Source: Octopus sinensis (lineage: Eukaryota). From it: a stretch of 64,000 nucleotides of DNA. Positions 1 to 12,069 of the stretch are shown in pieces. Numbering within the stretch: the first letter of the stretch is position 1; each line of letters begins with the position of its first letter. The notes below the pieces were generated by a model, which was not told where the DNA came from, searched no databases, and saw only the letters and a list, made by a program, of their open reading frames with translations. The position numbers and the translations under genes are program-made. The stretch spans positions 38,440,001 through 38,504,000 of the forward strand of contig NC_042998.1 in assembly GCF_006345805.1 (NCBI RefSeq), in the 5' to 3' direction.

Positions 1-167
1 TAACAATTCTGCCAGTTTGCTGCCAAGGTTTCATATAACATTGGTTGATAACAGTTGAACAGCTGTTGAACATTTAAAGATTTGTCACTTTTGTTTTTAT
101 CTTTATTTCATTTTTGGATTTGGTTTGCAAGATTCTTTATATGAGTTCGTGTGTTGGAGCATATTTT

Positions 168-350
168 GTTGTGTCTGGGGAGAGTCATTTTCTTTTTGTG
201 CCTTATTTTCCTAAAATTTTCGTTGCTTCTTGCAACCTTTTCAATAGTTTTGACTCAAATAGGAAAATAAAAAATAAGAAGTGGAAATTTTACCAGTGAG
301 TGTGTCACATTATAAGGCACAAAAAGAAAATGACTCTCCCCAGACACAAC
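168..350. repeat. Perfect 39-bp inverted repeat pair (168-206 / 312-350), a rearranged copy of a dispersed repeat
   Basis: GTTGTGTCTGGGGAGAGTCATTTTCTTTTTGTGCCTTAT and its exact reverse complement. The same repeat occurs un-inverted at about 23590-23730. Confidence 0.85.
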
Positions 351-729
351 AGAACTTTTATCTTTAGTTATTCTAAAATTCTTCTCATTTTTGGATCAGC
401 TTTTAAAAGCCTCAATATTCATAAACTTATGTGTTGAAATTGAAGATAATTGGTGACAATTGCTTTTGCTCTCCCCCTCTCTCGTTATCAATTAATGATG
501 GGTAATAATATCTTTTCATCAAAATATCTCTTAGTTACTATCTTTTTTTTTTTTTCTTTCTTTCAGATGTTCACATTTGGTAGGATATGCTGCTTTTTCT
601 TTTAACCTGAGCAAAGGAAATACTTATTCTCATGTTTCAGATCGGATGAAGTAAAAAGTAACTATTGTTCCAAGTCCAGTGGTTTATTTTATGCATTTGC
701 CTCTATCCTATTCAGGAGTTTAAGCTATT

Positions 730-1075
730 ATCATCATCATCATCATTTAACATGCTGACATGGGTTGACTGGATCAACAAAGTTAGCAAACCAGACGGCT
801 GTGACAAGGTCTGCATTTGGCATAGTCTCTATGACTGGATGCCTTTCTTAATGCAAACCACTAAACTTGGTGTGTACTGGGTGCTTTTTACATGGCACCA
901 GAATTGGTGGGGGTGGGGTTGCAAGACAAATACCTCTCAACTGGAAGATGGTGTGGTATTGAGGGAGATGACTTTTTGCCAATTGACAGGAGGTTAAAAA
1001 GTTTAATAGAGGAGCAGTGACAGGTGTTTTGCTATAGAGGAGATTACATGGCCGCCCCAGTTGGAAAAGAGAGAA
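730..1075 (-). mobile_element. Degraded SINE/LINE-tail repeat, family C
   Basis: (CAT)n tail followed by TTTAACATG..CATGGGTTG..CTGGATGCCTTTCTTAATGC, shared with copies at 5.5-6.1, 8.6-8.8, 9.8-10.1 and 27.1-27.3 kb. Confidence 0.6.
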
Positions 1076-1122
1076 AGAAAGAGAGACTGGGTTATAGAAT
1101 ATATATATATATATATATATAT

Positions 1123-1239
1123 ATACAAATAAGAAAATGGAGAAACTAATTTATTTTGTTCATCAACTTTTGGATAACGTTCTAATATCCGAAAGTTGAT
1201 GAACAAAATAAACTTGTTTCTCCATTTCCTTATTTGTAT
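1123..1239. other. Long near-perfect hairpin (about 54-bp arms, 9-nt loop)
   Basis: ATACAAATAAGAAAATGGAGAAACTAATTTATTTTGTTCATCAACTTTTGGATA pairs with TATCCGAAAGTTGATGAACAAAATAAACTTGTTTCTCCATTTCCTTATTTGTAT, with about 4 mismatches or wobbles. Confidence 0.85.
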
Positions 1240-1269
1240 TATAAATTTACGGTAAAAATATTTCTTTAC

Positions 1270-1275
1270 CTCCAC
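1270..1275 (-). CDS. Candidate 6-nt microexon (GTG GAG, Val-Glu) of a minus-strand host gene
   Basis: Minus strand reads ttgcaatgcaattaacttattttattgtattaaacag|GTGGAG|gtaaag: branch-like TTAAC, T-rich tract, CAG acceptor, GAG|GTAAAG donor. Frame-preserving. Confidence 0.4.
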
Positions 1276-1918
1276 CTGTTTAATACAATAAATAAGTTAA
1301 TTGCATTGCAATTAAAAACATTATATATTAAGAATCTAGGTATTTTACCAACAGTATATTGGATAAATACTATCCCTTAGTGGGTTACACCCATAACCCC
1401 TAACTTACTTTGTGTGTATATATATATATATGAGAGAGAGAGAAATGGTAGTGGCAATGTTAGGACATACACTCAACATACAGTGTGTTGTTGGATGTGA
1501 ATAGAAGTGAATTGATGCAGCCGACAGGGCTGTTTGAGTGGGCAGGTAGTGAGGGTGGGGAAACTGAGGGTGAAATTTCATAAAAGTGTGAGGAGGGATG
1601 GTTAGAGATGGGATAGACATGACTGCAGTAAGTGATGGTCAGATATAGGAGCGCATGTGTTAAGATAATTTCTGTGTGTCTTAAATTCAAAATGTCTATC
1701 CAAACTGTCTTCCCAGAGGGTGTAACAATTGTCTAAATGTTTGTTCCAATTTTCCTTCAAGTAATTGTAAAAAGTTTCCCATATTTTTGCCCTGAGTTTT
1801 CATACACTTTTATCAGAAGGTATTCCATTACTCAATTGGTATATGTTGGATATATTGCTGTTCCAAAGTTAGACCAAAATTATCAAAAAAAAAAAAAAAC
1901 AGGATTTATTGAACAATA

Positions 1919-2255
1919 GGTGCAGGCATGGTTGTGTGGTAAGAAGTTTGCTTCCCAACCACATGGTCCCAGCTTCAATCCCACTGTGTGGCCTTTTGGG
2001 CAAGTGATTTCTACCACAGCTTCAAGTTGACCAAAGCTTTGTGAGTGGATTTGTTAGACAAAAACTGAAAGAAGCCTGCCACTTACATATGCATGTGTGT
2101 TGGTGTTTTTACACCCCATGATTTAGAGGTTCAGCAAAAGAGATTAGGTTTAAAAGAAAATAAGTCCTGGGGTTGATTAGTACGACTGAAATTCCTCATG
2201 GCAGTATCCCAGCATGGTCGTAGTCATAATGACTGAAACAAGTAAAAAAATAATA
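1919..2255 (+). mobile_element. tRNA-derived SINE family A (CORE-like, possibly octopus OR2-type), CpG-decayed copy
   Basis: A-box TGGTTGTGTGGTAAG, B-box-like TTCAATCCC, TTGGGCAAGTG core, 3' end ATGACTGAAACAAGTAAAA. Ten or more full or partial copies in the window. Confidence 0.8.
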
Positions 2256-2949
2256 AAGTAAAATCTTTCAGCTGCATATTCTTTTCCAAGGCAAAAATGA
2301 TTAAACAACTACAAAATAAGTTAAACAGTAGAAATCCAAGACAAAATTATGGTCAAATTCTCAAATGAAATTGAAATGTTGAATTTAACAGAGATCAACC
2401 TTGGTAGAGATTTACAGGTAACTCGTGGGGTGGGGGTCTCCATTAACAAAAAGAGGAGAATCTGAAATGAAGACTAATTAATTTTCTCAATGAGGGAAAA
2501 GCAATTTTTGGAAATGATTATTGAGGAAAGAATTCTTTATATAACTACAGAAGAAACAGCTTTGGTATTTTGATAATTGCAATGACAAATATAGAACTAA
2601 GATAAATCCAACCAGCTGAAAGTTTGAAAACCACTTTTCAGATCCTGTAAAAAGGAACAGGTATATCAGGTGGAACAACGAAAATGTTAGAAAGCAAAAA
2701 TAATAAATTTATTCAGAAAAACATTAACAACAAAACAAATAAACACACTTGTGTAGGGAATTAAATTTATACCAATTCCTGGAAACTCTAAATCGCAATG
2801 AAATCAAAGACATTTCAGACTTTAGCTGAAAATTAAGATATACAGAGAAATTGCTAGATAAAGCAAAGATAATGAAGCTAGCGTTAGAAAGAAAAGTAGA
2901 TACCATCCACCAAAAGGTAGGAATAGAGATTATTTGATTATTTTTGAGA

Positions 2950-3490
2950 TTATATAACTTATTTTCCATATGAGTTTTTAGCAAAATATAGAACATATTC
3001 TAATTTCATCAGTACAACAGAATGAGAAAATTGTAATGCATTGAAAATCAATAAAAAACTTATAACCGAAGCTGATAAAGGAAGTACTGTTGATAGAATG
3101 GAGATATATTACTATAAAATCTCGCATATCTATGCTTCAGGCTAGCTTTAGTTTTTAAAATGTTAAAAACTATAATCAGCAAAAAATGATGCAGAAAATC
3201 AACTTCCAAGTCAATTCCATCTTAAATGGCTTAACAAATGAAGAATGCAACTCTATAACCAATCTTAAAATGCAAAACAAGTCAGTTTCATGGATTACCA
3301 AAAATCTGCAAAAGTAAAGTTAGAAATGATTTCAAAGAGTCCTCACCTGCTTGTAAGAATGTTCTTTGGCCTAATGATTTCAATTTGAAACCAATAATAG
3401 AAGAGCCATTTTGTGGAAATAGTTGACTGAATAACTATTTTGAGCTATAATACTGAAGCTACATTTGAAAGATATACAAAGCAACAAAAG
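2950..3490 (+). mobile_element. Highly degraded Penelope-like element RT fragment
   Basis: Motifs ITEADKGSTV (about 3062), FHGLPKICKS (about 3287) and LKPII (about 3385) match the PLE ADKG / FYGLPKIHK / LRPII series. Many stops. Confidence 0.65.
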
Positions 3491-3529
3491 AAACAAAGCA
3501 AATATTTTAAATCACTTTCTGTGCACAGC

Positions 3530-3910
3530 AAATGAAGTCAGTAGCAATGGTGGATGTTCTGAGAGCATAGCTGCTAGGATAAGAATAGCCTGGCCAAAGG
3601 TCAGAGAGCTCCTACCACTGCTGGTAACAAAGGTCCTCTTGCTCAGAGTGAAAGGTAGACTGTATGATGCATGTGTCCGAACAGCCATGCTACATGTCAG
3701 TGAAACATAGGCTGTGACTGCTGAGGACATGCATAAGCTTGCAAGAAATGAAGCTAGTATTCTCTGCTGGATGTCAGTGTGCATACACAACAGCATCAGA
3801 TGTGGTGTGAAAGAGAGATGACTATGCTGGTATGGTCATGTGTTGTGTATGTATGAGTACAGCTGTGTGAAGAAGTGTCACACCCTAAGCCCTAACAGTG
3901 GAGGGAACCA
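3530..3910 (+). mobile_element. RTE-clade LINE 3' ORF fragment
   Basis: GGCSESIAARIRIAWPKVRELLPLLVTK..RVKGRLYDACVRTAMLHVSET*..ARNEASILCWM, then a WYGHV-like motif, typical of the post-RT region of RTE LINEs. Confidence 0.8.
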
Positions 3911-3959
3911 AGAGAGATAATCAAAGAACGTAACATTGTAATACTTCATGTAAAATAAA

Positions 3960-4168
3960 TATAACAAAAGAAAAATCCTTCAAGAATCCATACAAATTTC
4001 TGGATCACTACCAAAATTTCATTATCTGTTCCTTGTGTCATTACCAATATTTTCTGCAAGTTTCATCAAATACTATTCACAACTTTTTGAGTTATATTGC
4101 GCACAGAGGGATAGATGGACAAACCAATGCCAATGAAAGCATAACCTCTTTCCTTGGCGGAGGTAATA
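3960..4168. mobile_element. Non-autonomous rolling-circle (Helentron/HINE-like) or MITE-type repeat
   Basis: AAGTTTCATCAAA..CACAACTTTTTGAGTTAT..ACAGA/GACAAAC tract..ATAACCTC..CTTGGCGGAGGTAAT end, a widespread metazoan repeat architecture. Family assignment uncertain. Confidence 0.4.
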
Positions 4169-4371
4169 AGTTAGTCCAAGAGCACACAATGTTCCTGAAG
4201 GTCAGCAATGGTCTTCCTCAATCACAAGTGGATGGCCATCATTTTTAAGTTTATCTCTATAGGTTTCTTATGGAATTCGGAGCCAGCACTGAAAACTATG
4301 GCATTTCGTATATGAATAGGTTCATGTAAAGAATGTAATCCAAGACAGATAAAATAGGCAATGAATGTATA

Positions 4372-4410
4372 TACATATTTCAAGAGTTATTGCTCCTTCT
4401 TCAGTGCCCC
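4372..4410 (-). ncRNA. Hammerhead ribozyme-like motif (Penelope-type, probably decayed)
   Basis: Minus strand reads CTGAAGA-AGGAG-caataa-CTCTT-GAAA-TATGTA: canonical CUGANGA and GAAA boxes flanking a 5-bp stem II. Stem I is weak. Confidence 0.45.
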
Positions 4411-4615
4411 ATCCAACCTGTTGACCATCCATGAACACATTGCTTAAATACCCAATAATTTAGTAGTATAGCACAATGGATAGACTAACTTATTAAGTAC
4501 ATTCCTGGCAACTAGCATCTACATATTAATTGCTTGAAGGACACAGTATTTCATTATGCAAACATTATACACAGCCAACATTATGAAAGATTTACAAGTC
4601 AAGACATTGTCTTAC

Positions 4616-4945
4616 CATGTTTTATCAGTGCACTGTATTCAGCTTCAAGTTTCTCTCTAGATTTCTCATAACATTCAGAGCTGGTACTGCAAGTTATATT
4701 TCATATGTAAACAGTGTGATCAGAGATGGGGAAAGTAGTGGTTGCATATTCAAATTTCAAGAGTGATTGCTGTTATCAGCAAGTTAGTTTGCAGCACCCC
4801 TAATCAGGCTGGTGGACGTATGCATTTCTATCTACAAGAGAACGTTTCTCCATGACAAAATATAGTAAATGGCTTTCTTATTGATTCGCATCTCCTCAGG
4901 CATATGTGTATTTCAGAGGTGTGTTTGCTAGGCAAGTAATTTGAT
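4616..4945 (-). other. Candidate 330-nt exon (5' UTR-like) ending exactly in ATG
   Basis: Acceptor ctaacagtttttatgtatttttcag| and donor AAAACATG|gtaag. Non-repetitive sequence, with stops in all frames upstream of the terminal ATG. Confidence 0.5.
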
Positions 4946-5490
4946 CTGAAAAATACATAAAAACTGTTAGCTTTACTTAAATATTTATTATTTGTTATTT
5001 GGCAGCAAAATCTTCACTGCATTAGTTTCACTCTCATTATTGCCATGGTTCCACTAAAACTGGCTAGAGGCAAGGTTTGTTGCTCAGTACATATAAGTTT
5101 CAGGCTTATGTATATAATTGTTTCATCTATGTTAGTCATTCATTCTGGCAGTCAAAGCTAACCGACCAGCTATGAGTACTATTGTGGTTCACCTCACAAC
5201 AAATCGTCAGCCGATTCACACAGTCAAACTGTGTGGAATAACAGATCCTTTGTTTGGAAAGTAGGAAAGAGTTAGTGCAAGAAAGGTTTCCAGCCCATAA
5301 AATAATGTTTCAAGTGCATATTCATTCAAGTCAGGCAAGAATGAAACTACAGATGAAAAAACAAACAAGCGGCACCAAATTTTAACCGTAAGACTTAGAT
5401 CAACTCAAGAAGACAATGAATGATTCCCTCTCAAATTACCATTGACTGGATTCAAATGCAATTCTACATGATTGCAAAGCAAATATATTA

Positions 5491-6075
5491 ACTGAGTGAC
5501 CGAGACCCTTGGAGATATGCTGTGCTTGAGAAGACCCAGCAAGCTAAATGAGACCGTAACTGTGGTCTATGCCAGTGCAGCATAACTGGCCCATCTAAGA
5601 GTACCCTTCAGTCATTGCACAATAAACTGTGCTTGCAAAGACCTGTTGAGTCAAGTGAAGTCATTGTCGTGGCTGATGCCAGTACTGCCTGACAGGCATT
5701 TATGCTGGTGGCATGTAAAAAGCACCATTCAACCGTGGTCAATGCCAGTGCTGCCTGACTGGTTCCATGCTGGTGGCATGTAAAAAGCACCATTCAAGCA
5801 TGGTCATTGCCAGTGTTGTCTGACTGGCTCCCGTGTTGGTGGCATGTAAAATGCACCATTCCAGCATGGTTGATGTCAGTACTGTCTGACTACATAAAAA
5901 GCACCCATTACACCCTTGGAATGGTTGGCGTTAGGAAGGGCATCCAGCTGTAGAAACCTTGCCAGATCAGGTTGGAGCCTGGGGCAGCCGTCTGGCTTGC
6001 CAGCTCTCAGTCAAACCGTCCAACCCATGCCAGCATGGCAAGCAAACGTTAAACAGCAATAATGATGATGCTCAT
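5491..6075 (+). mobile_element. Family C SINE/LINE-tail repeat with an internal ~53-bp tandem array (about 4 units)
   Basis: Repeated TGCCAGT..GACTGG..GCTGGTGGCATGTAAAAAGCACCATT, then GTTGGCGTTAGGAAGGGCATCCAGCTGTAGAAAC..CCAACCCATGCCAGCATGG..(GAT)n. Confidence 0.75.
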
Positions 6076-6511
6076 GATGAGTAACCATAACAAAGAAAGG
6101 ATTCACAAGAAAATATTCTTCCAAGTAACAGCACTTTCTGATTAGGACAGACTCCATTCAGAAACAACGATACAGAGCATTATTACCTTTCTTAGTTGTC
6201 TACTCTTGTACTGGATGGGTGAAATGCTTAATTGAATAAGATATTGGAATTCAGAACTATAGATTCTTCCTCTGAATATACTGCAAGTTTTATTGGAAGA
6301 AGATATCTATCTAATTCACTTAACGGTTTATGAAAGCAAAGAGTTTGAGTTACATCTTGGTTATGATTTCTCTTATAGTGTTGCATTTTCTTGTCATATC
6401 TTGGTGGCACACTAATTTGTTTTTTTTGTTATGAGATCACACAGATCGTATTCCCTGAAACAATCCTGCTACCTTGCACATCTGAATGAAGTCATATTTC
6501 TGAGTCTTTAA

Positions 6512-6702
6512 GGCGGCGAGCTGGTAGAAATGTTAGCGGTATTTCATTTGTCTTTATGTTGTGAGTTCAAATTCTGCCAAGGTCGACTTTGCCTTTCATC
6601 CTTTCGGGGTTAATAAAGTAAGTATCAGTTGTACACTGAGGTCGAATTCCCTCACCCACTCCTCCCACACGAATTTGCTGGCTTTGTGCTAAAATTTTAT
6701 AC
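6512..6702 (+). mobile_element. tRNA-derived SINE family B (central domain resembling Meta/MESC-type SINEs)
   Basis: GGCGGCGAGCTGG..GAGTTCAAATTC..GGTCGACTTTGCCTTTCATCCTTTCGGGG. More than 10 copies in the window. Confidence 0.8.
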
Positions 6703-8579
6703 CATTCATCATCATCATCTGACGTCTGTTCTCCATGCCAGCATGGGTTAAAAGTACACAATGATTACGAACTGAGAAGCAGTAAAAAAATAAAGTGAGA
6801 AATTCAGATGAGATTAGATCTCCATATCTCTAATTTGCCTTTCATTTATTACACAATGGTGTGGATGTAGCCTACAAAAGAGTCATAGGAAACTGGTGAA
6901 TGAACAGAATTGTGAATATATGTAAAATGTGTGACTTTTCTGTCTACTTTTTCAAACTAAACTAACAGGTATCTTTTTTGTTGTTCAGTTGGCAGTTATT
7001 TCAAGAATAGCTGGTCTGTTTCTGTTGTTTTCATAACCTTGTTTCTCTCTGCAAGAACAGATGCATGCAATTAGTTGTGTTTCTAGAAGTGAAAAAAATG
7101 TACACCTGCTCACAAAACTTAAAAACTAATTCTGATATCCTCTAATTGACATTGTTTTTAAGCACTCTTACAAATTGTATCAATACTTCCCAAAGAATTT
7201 TTGTCCTGCTTTATTTTTACCATCTTTTATTTATCTATTTACACACACACATGTATATATTGTGTAGCATATTTATTTCCAGATGTTGCTAACCATGATA
7301 CTGCAATATTAGGAAGAATGGTCTAGAATGAGAAGAAACATTTATTGCCACATAGTTACTACTGTCATCTCTTATAGAAATTTTACAGATTCCTTTTATA
7401 AAACCCAGGACATTTATGGCGAATGATCGCTGTATCAGTTGTGAGGTACTACTTCAATCAGAAATGAAAACTATCACAAATTCAGTTCATCTAGAACTGA
7501 TGTCTATGATTTCATATCAGCCTGTCTAATGTGAAAATAAAGGGTTAAAATGTTATCGAAATTTAATCAAAGTCTTATTTTATGGCTTTTAACTGTGCAC
7601 AACTTTTAGACTTGCTATCATCTTGTTTTGATGATTCCTATTTGGAATCAAGCATCATCTGCAAACAGCTCATACGTTGACCTCACATCGTATTCTTGTA
7701 GGTAAAATGTTATTGTGCACTCCTCTGTGCATCAATCACATTACGCTTATCTTCAACTGAAAGATCTTAGTAAACTTCTATAGTTTCATTTGCACAAAGA
7801 AAAGCGTATTTGATGTTGAATACACATAGAATTTACATTGCATAGATAGAATGGAGAGATAGGTGTTTGATTTGAATATCAAAGAGGCATCTGAAATAAT
7901 ACACTTTACAATAATGATTTTCTGATACCGTATCATATACAATTTAGTAGTTTATAAGTTTATTGAGAGAAAGAAATATTGCTAGCCAAAAATGGACAAA
8001 TATTGGGACATGTTTATTTCTACAAGAAAGGGTAAAAAAGTAAAATGAAATATATGATCTTGTGAAGAAAGAGGTTTTAGGAATGAAAAATAAACAAGGG
8101 AGCCACATTCAAAACCCTTTAACATTTATCTTTGCAAAAGTCTCTCTCTCCACAAACTTTTCATTGAATACTATTCCTTACATCCAATATTATTGTGTTC
8201 TAGGCAGAAGATTTGCAGAATGTGGTAAAGTGTCAGATGAAATGCCTTGTAGTATTTAGTTACAATCATTTATGTTCTAAGTTCAAGTCATGTCAATGTC
8301 GATATACTGCTCACCCTTGTAGGTTTCACAAAATAAAGTACCAATCACTTACTAAGCAAATACAATTCACTACACTCTCTCATAAATAGTCAGAAATCAA
8401 TACCATTGCATTCCATATAATGTTTACAGTTCTCAGTGTTTAGAGTATGATCTATTGTATATATTACAATTTTGTCCAAACATTATTACTATTGCAAAGA
8501 AATTTTCATTTTGTTTAGCATTTTTACTATTATCTTATGTAACACATACAGATATGTGCCATATATATTTGAACATTTA

Positions 8580-8780
8580 CTATAAAAAGCACTGGTACTG
8601 GTGCCATGTTAAAAGCACCCAGTAGACTCTGTAAAGTGGTTGGTGTTAGGAAGGGCATCATGTTGTAGAAATCATGCCAAAACAATGGAACCTGGCATGA
8701 CTCATGGTTTTGCCAACTCCTGTGAAACTGTACAACACGTGCTATGATGGAAAACAGACTTTAAATGCTGATGATGATGA
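8580..8780 (+). mobile_element. Family C repeat, degraded
   Basis: AAAAGCACC..GTTGGTGTTAGGAAGGGCATC..(GAT)n tail. Confidence 0.65.
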
Positions 8781-9071
8781 CACATACACACACTACTTTC
8801 ATGAAATCTAGTACTCTTCAACATGTCATCTTACATTCAAGAGAATCAATTCTCCCCTATGTTGCTGTGATAGAATATTAATCATAAATATTTGTTACCA
8901 ATAAAATTACTGCTTACAGCATGCGGAATATATTACAACTTGCTAAAGAATCTAAAGCAAACTGATAAATTAATATTTTATTGGAATATATCTGGAGATT
9001 TATTTCATTTTTTTCCCCCCTTATAATAATCAGAGGCGGAATTTAATTGTAGAAAAAGAAGAATTTTCTGA

Positions 9072-9106
<35 letters not shown>

Positions 9107-9817
9107 TAACTAACTAAGCATTTCAGACTAGTGAGAGATGTTACAGATGCTTGAAGTAAAATAGTAAAATATAATTGATGAGAATTATAAATTTTTTCAT
9201 CATACTTATACTATACTTATACACACACACACACACATACACATGCTCACTCACATGTATGTGTATATGTATGTATGTATGTGTGTGTGCCTTTGTATGA
9301 TATATGATATAGATTTCATACAGGCGCACAGAAATACATTTCTACATGTTTATGTGAAGGAGTATATGTATGTACACCTGTAAAATATTTGTTTTTTTTT
9401 TGTTTCTTTTGTTTTTTACCTACTGAAAATACATATATATCAGTTTACAGAAGGGAAAAGAGGAAAATGATTATTAACAGAGACTACAGTTCTAGAAAGT
9501 TTTGTTTACAAATTTCCTGATGCAATTGCATCTACTCAGAGTAATTTGGGAAATGCTTGAAGAAGGTTACTTGAGTCAGTAAAAGTTCTTTTAATCAGTC
9601 TCTATAAAATGAAATATTAATCATATTTCTCCTGACTGAAGACCCCCAAAAGCTTAGGAATTTAAATTACCAATTTCATTGGTGCAAATGCAGCTGTGTG
9701 ATTGTGAAGCTTGCTTCCCAACAAACCACTTTTTCTTGGATTCAGTTCCATTGCACAGCAGCTTGTGCTGATTGAGTCATTGTGGGTGGACTTGGCTGAT
9801 GTAAACTGAAAGAAGCT

Positions 9818-10115
9818 CATCATCATCATCGTTTAATGTTTGCTTTCCATGCTAGCATGGGTTGGACGATCTTGACTGAGGGCTAGCGAACCAGATGGCT
9901 ACACCAGGCTCCAATCTTGATTTGGCGGAGTTTCTACAGCTGGATGCTCTTCCTAACACCAACCACTCCGAGAGTGTACTGCGTGCTTTTTACGTGCCAC
10001 CGGCACGGGGGCCAGTTAGGCGGTACTGGCAATGACCTCGCTCAAATCTTTTTACACATGCCACCAGCACTGGTGCCAGTAAGGCGATATTGGTAACGAT
10101 CACGCTCGAATGGTA
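9818..10115 (-). mobile_element. Family C repeat, adjoining a partial family A head at about 9688-9817
   Basis: (CAT)n CGTTTAATG..CCATGCTAGCATGGGTTGGACG..CTACAGCTGGATGC..GTGCTTTTTACGTGCCACC. Confidence 0.75.
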
Positions 10116-12069
10116 TCCACGTGTGTGTTTTGGTTTACCTCATCCTGACATCATGTGATGGTCTTGAAGAGGAGCAGCACCACCATTCAAACAATGTTGC
10201 TCATTTGTAGTCTTCCATAAAAACATGTCAGGTTATGGGAAATATTAGGCTGTTTAGAAACGGGCAAGGTTTGGTGACAGGTAGGGCATCTGGTTGTAGA
10301 AAATCTGCTACTGGGTGCTTTTATGTGGAACCAGCATGCATGCTTTATACTTGGTGCCAAACAGAGGCACTTACTATGTGGTACAAATATCTGCAGAGTT
10401 TCCAAGTAGCTTGCAAGACAAGAATGTCAGTGCTGAGAGAGGGACGGGAACCAAGAGAAGTGGCCATGTGCCAAGTGAGAGGTTGGAGTGTGATAGAGGG
10501 ATGGAGAGAGTTGTCTTACTATGGAAGATAATTGGCTACTCTAGTAGGACACGGAAGGAAAGGGAGGTGGGAGAGAGAGAGGAGGAAGAGGATAGAGACA
10601 GTAAGAAAGAGAGCTTGTAAAAGACTCAATTCAATATGCGTAAACCCCTGAAGGCTGTTGTGCCCAGTTTATCCATAATCTAATAACAAAACCATTAAAA
10701 CAGCAATAAACCATAACAGATTTCCGCTAAATATATGTCAAAGCAATTAGTTTTATGTAAATATATATTTCTTAGATTTTTAACACAAAGTTATTTTATT
10801 GCTAGACATTATATGACCTCATGATTTCAAATTTACATAATTGTGAAACTGAAACCATAAAATAAGCAATCCTAGATATCTATAGGCTGATCAGGTAACA
10901 TATGTCCATGAATGCTAGATAACTCTTATTAATGTTGGTCACTGAAATATTTAGATTGAAAATCTGCACAAATGTGATCTTAACCACAAAAGTAATTTCA
11001 ACAAGATTTAGTAAACTAACAATAATTATTTCCAAAATCATCTGTGTTGGTCAAAGGAGTTAAATTGTCTGAAATGTGGCTGTCAGATGATGTCAAAAGC
11101 CTCTATTTCAAAATTCAAGTTTAATGTAAAGCTATAAAGGTCCTTTCAAGAAGCTACAAGAAGGCCACAAGGTGACAGCAAGTCAGTAAGTGATCAAGAA
11201 AATTACGTCATGCACCATTAAGTATGATAATCTCTACATTTTATATCGCATACTTTCTCTTGGTGATATAACTCTAAATATCATTTACAGCTATATTATC
11301 AAAGGTTAGAAATACTTTCTTATGCAGACTAAATCAATTCATACACTTATGAGGTGCTACATAATTTTCATTAATGATTAATTAACAAATCTGCAATACT
11401 AAATAGACGCAAATTTGAGCACATTGACCAACCTCGACCTCCTTAATTACATCTTACAGCAATTAAGTAACAATAAGAATATAAAGATAATTGCATTCAC
11501 ATGTAAGAGAGGGCACAACTAGAAAAATCCAGGTGCCAAATGCAATATGGACTTCATTTCAGGATGCAGTTTAAGAAACGTGCTGCAAATATCAATATAT
11601 GCATATAAAGAAGAGTGCACAGCACTTATGCACACACACACACACAAATGAGCGTGTGTATATATAAGCATGTATGTCTATATATGGTGGGTTCCGAACA
11701 ACCTGCCCATAAGTTTGTCATAAAGGGTCATTATCTGTGGTTGGTTGTTATTTGTTGAGTTGGTGAACGAAGATATATTTCACTGGCTGTGGGAATATTT
11801 GAAGCAAGACCTGTGAAAGTTTAAATGAAATATTTATTGTCGTACATAAAGATGATTACCGTTGGGCATTTCCAAATAACATTAATAATTACAGACTGTG
11901 AGAGACACTGCGCTTTGTTCGGCTGACAGGGTTCTTGTGTGCCTTAGACCGTCTACACAAATGTCTTGCACTGTCAGAACGGCAAATATGGAGGCACATG
12001 TCGCTCACCTACCTTCAACCTCCTGCCTGACAAGAGGTGAGACTCGTGAATGAGTCGGCCTCTCTCAAC

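Noticed and set aside
567-657. Plus-strand exon after a strong polypyrimidine tract and CAG
   Set aside because: All frames hit stops, the donor is weak and no partner exon is identifiable. Not excluded as a non-coding or terminal exon.
7283-7326. Plus-strand terminal exon (DVANHDTAILGRMV*)
   Set aside because: Only an acceptor-like site and 14 codons, with no homology recognised and no supported upstream exon.
9420-9422. 3-nt minus-strand microexon TAG (ttttcag|TAG|gtaaaa)
   Set aside because: It would be an immediate stop after the ATG exon, the donor is weak, and chance occurrence in AT-rich sequence is likely.
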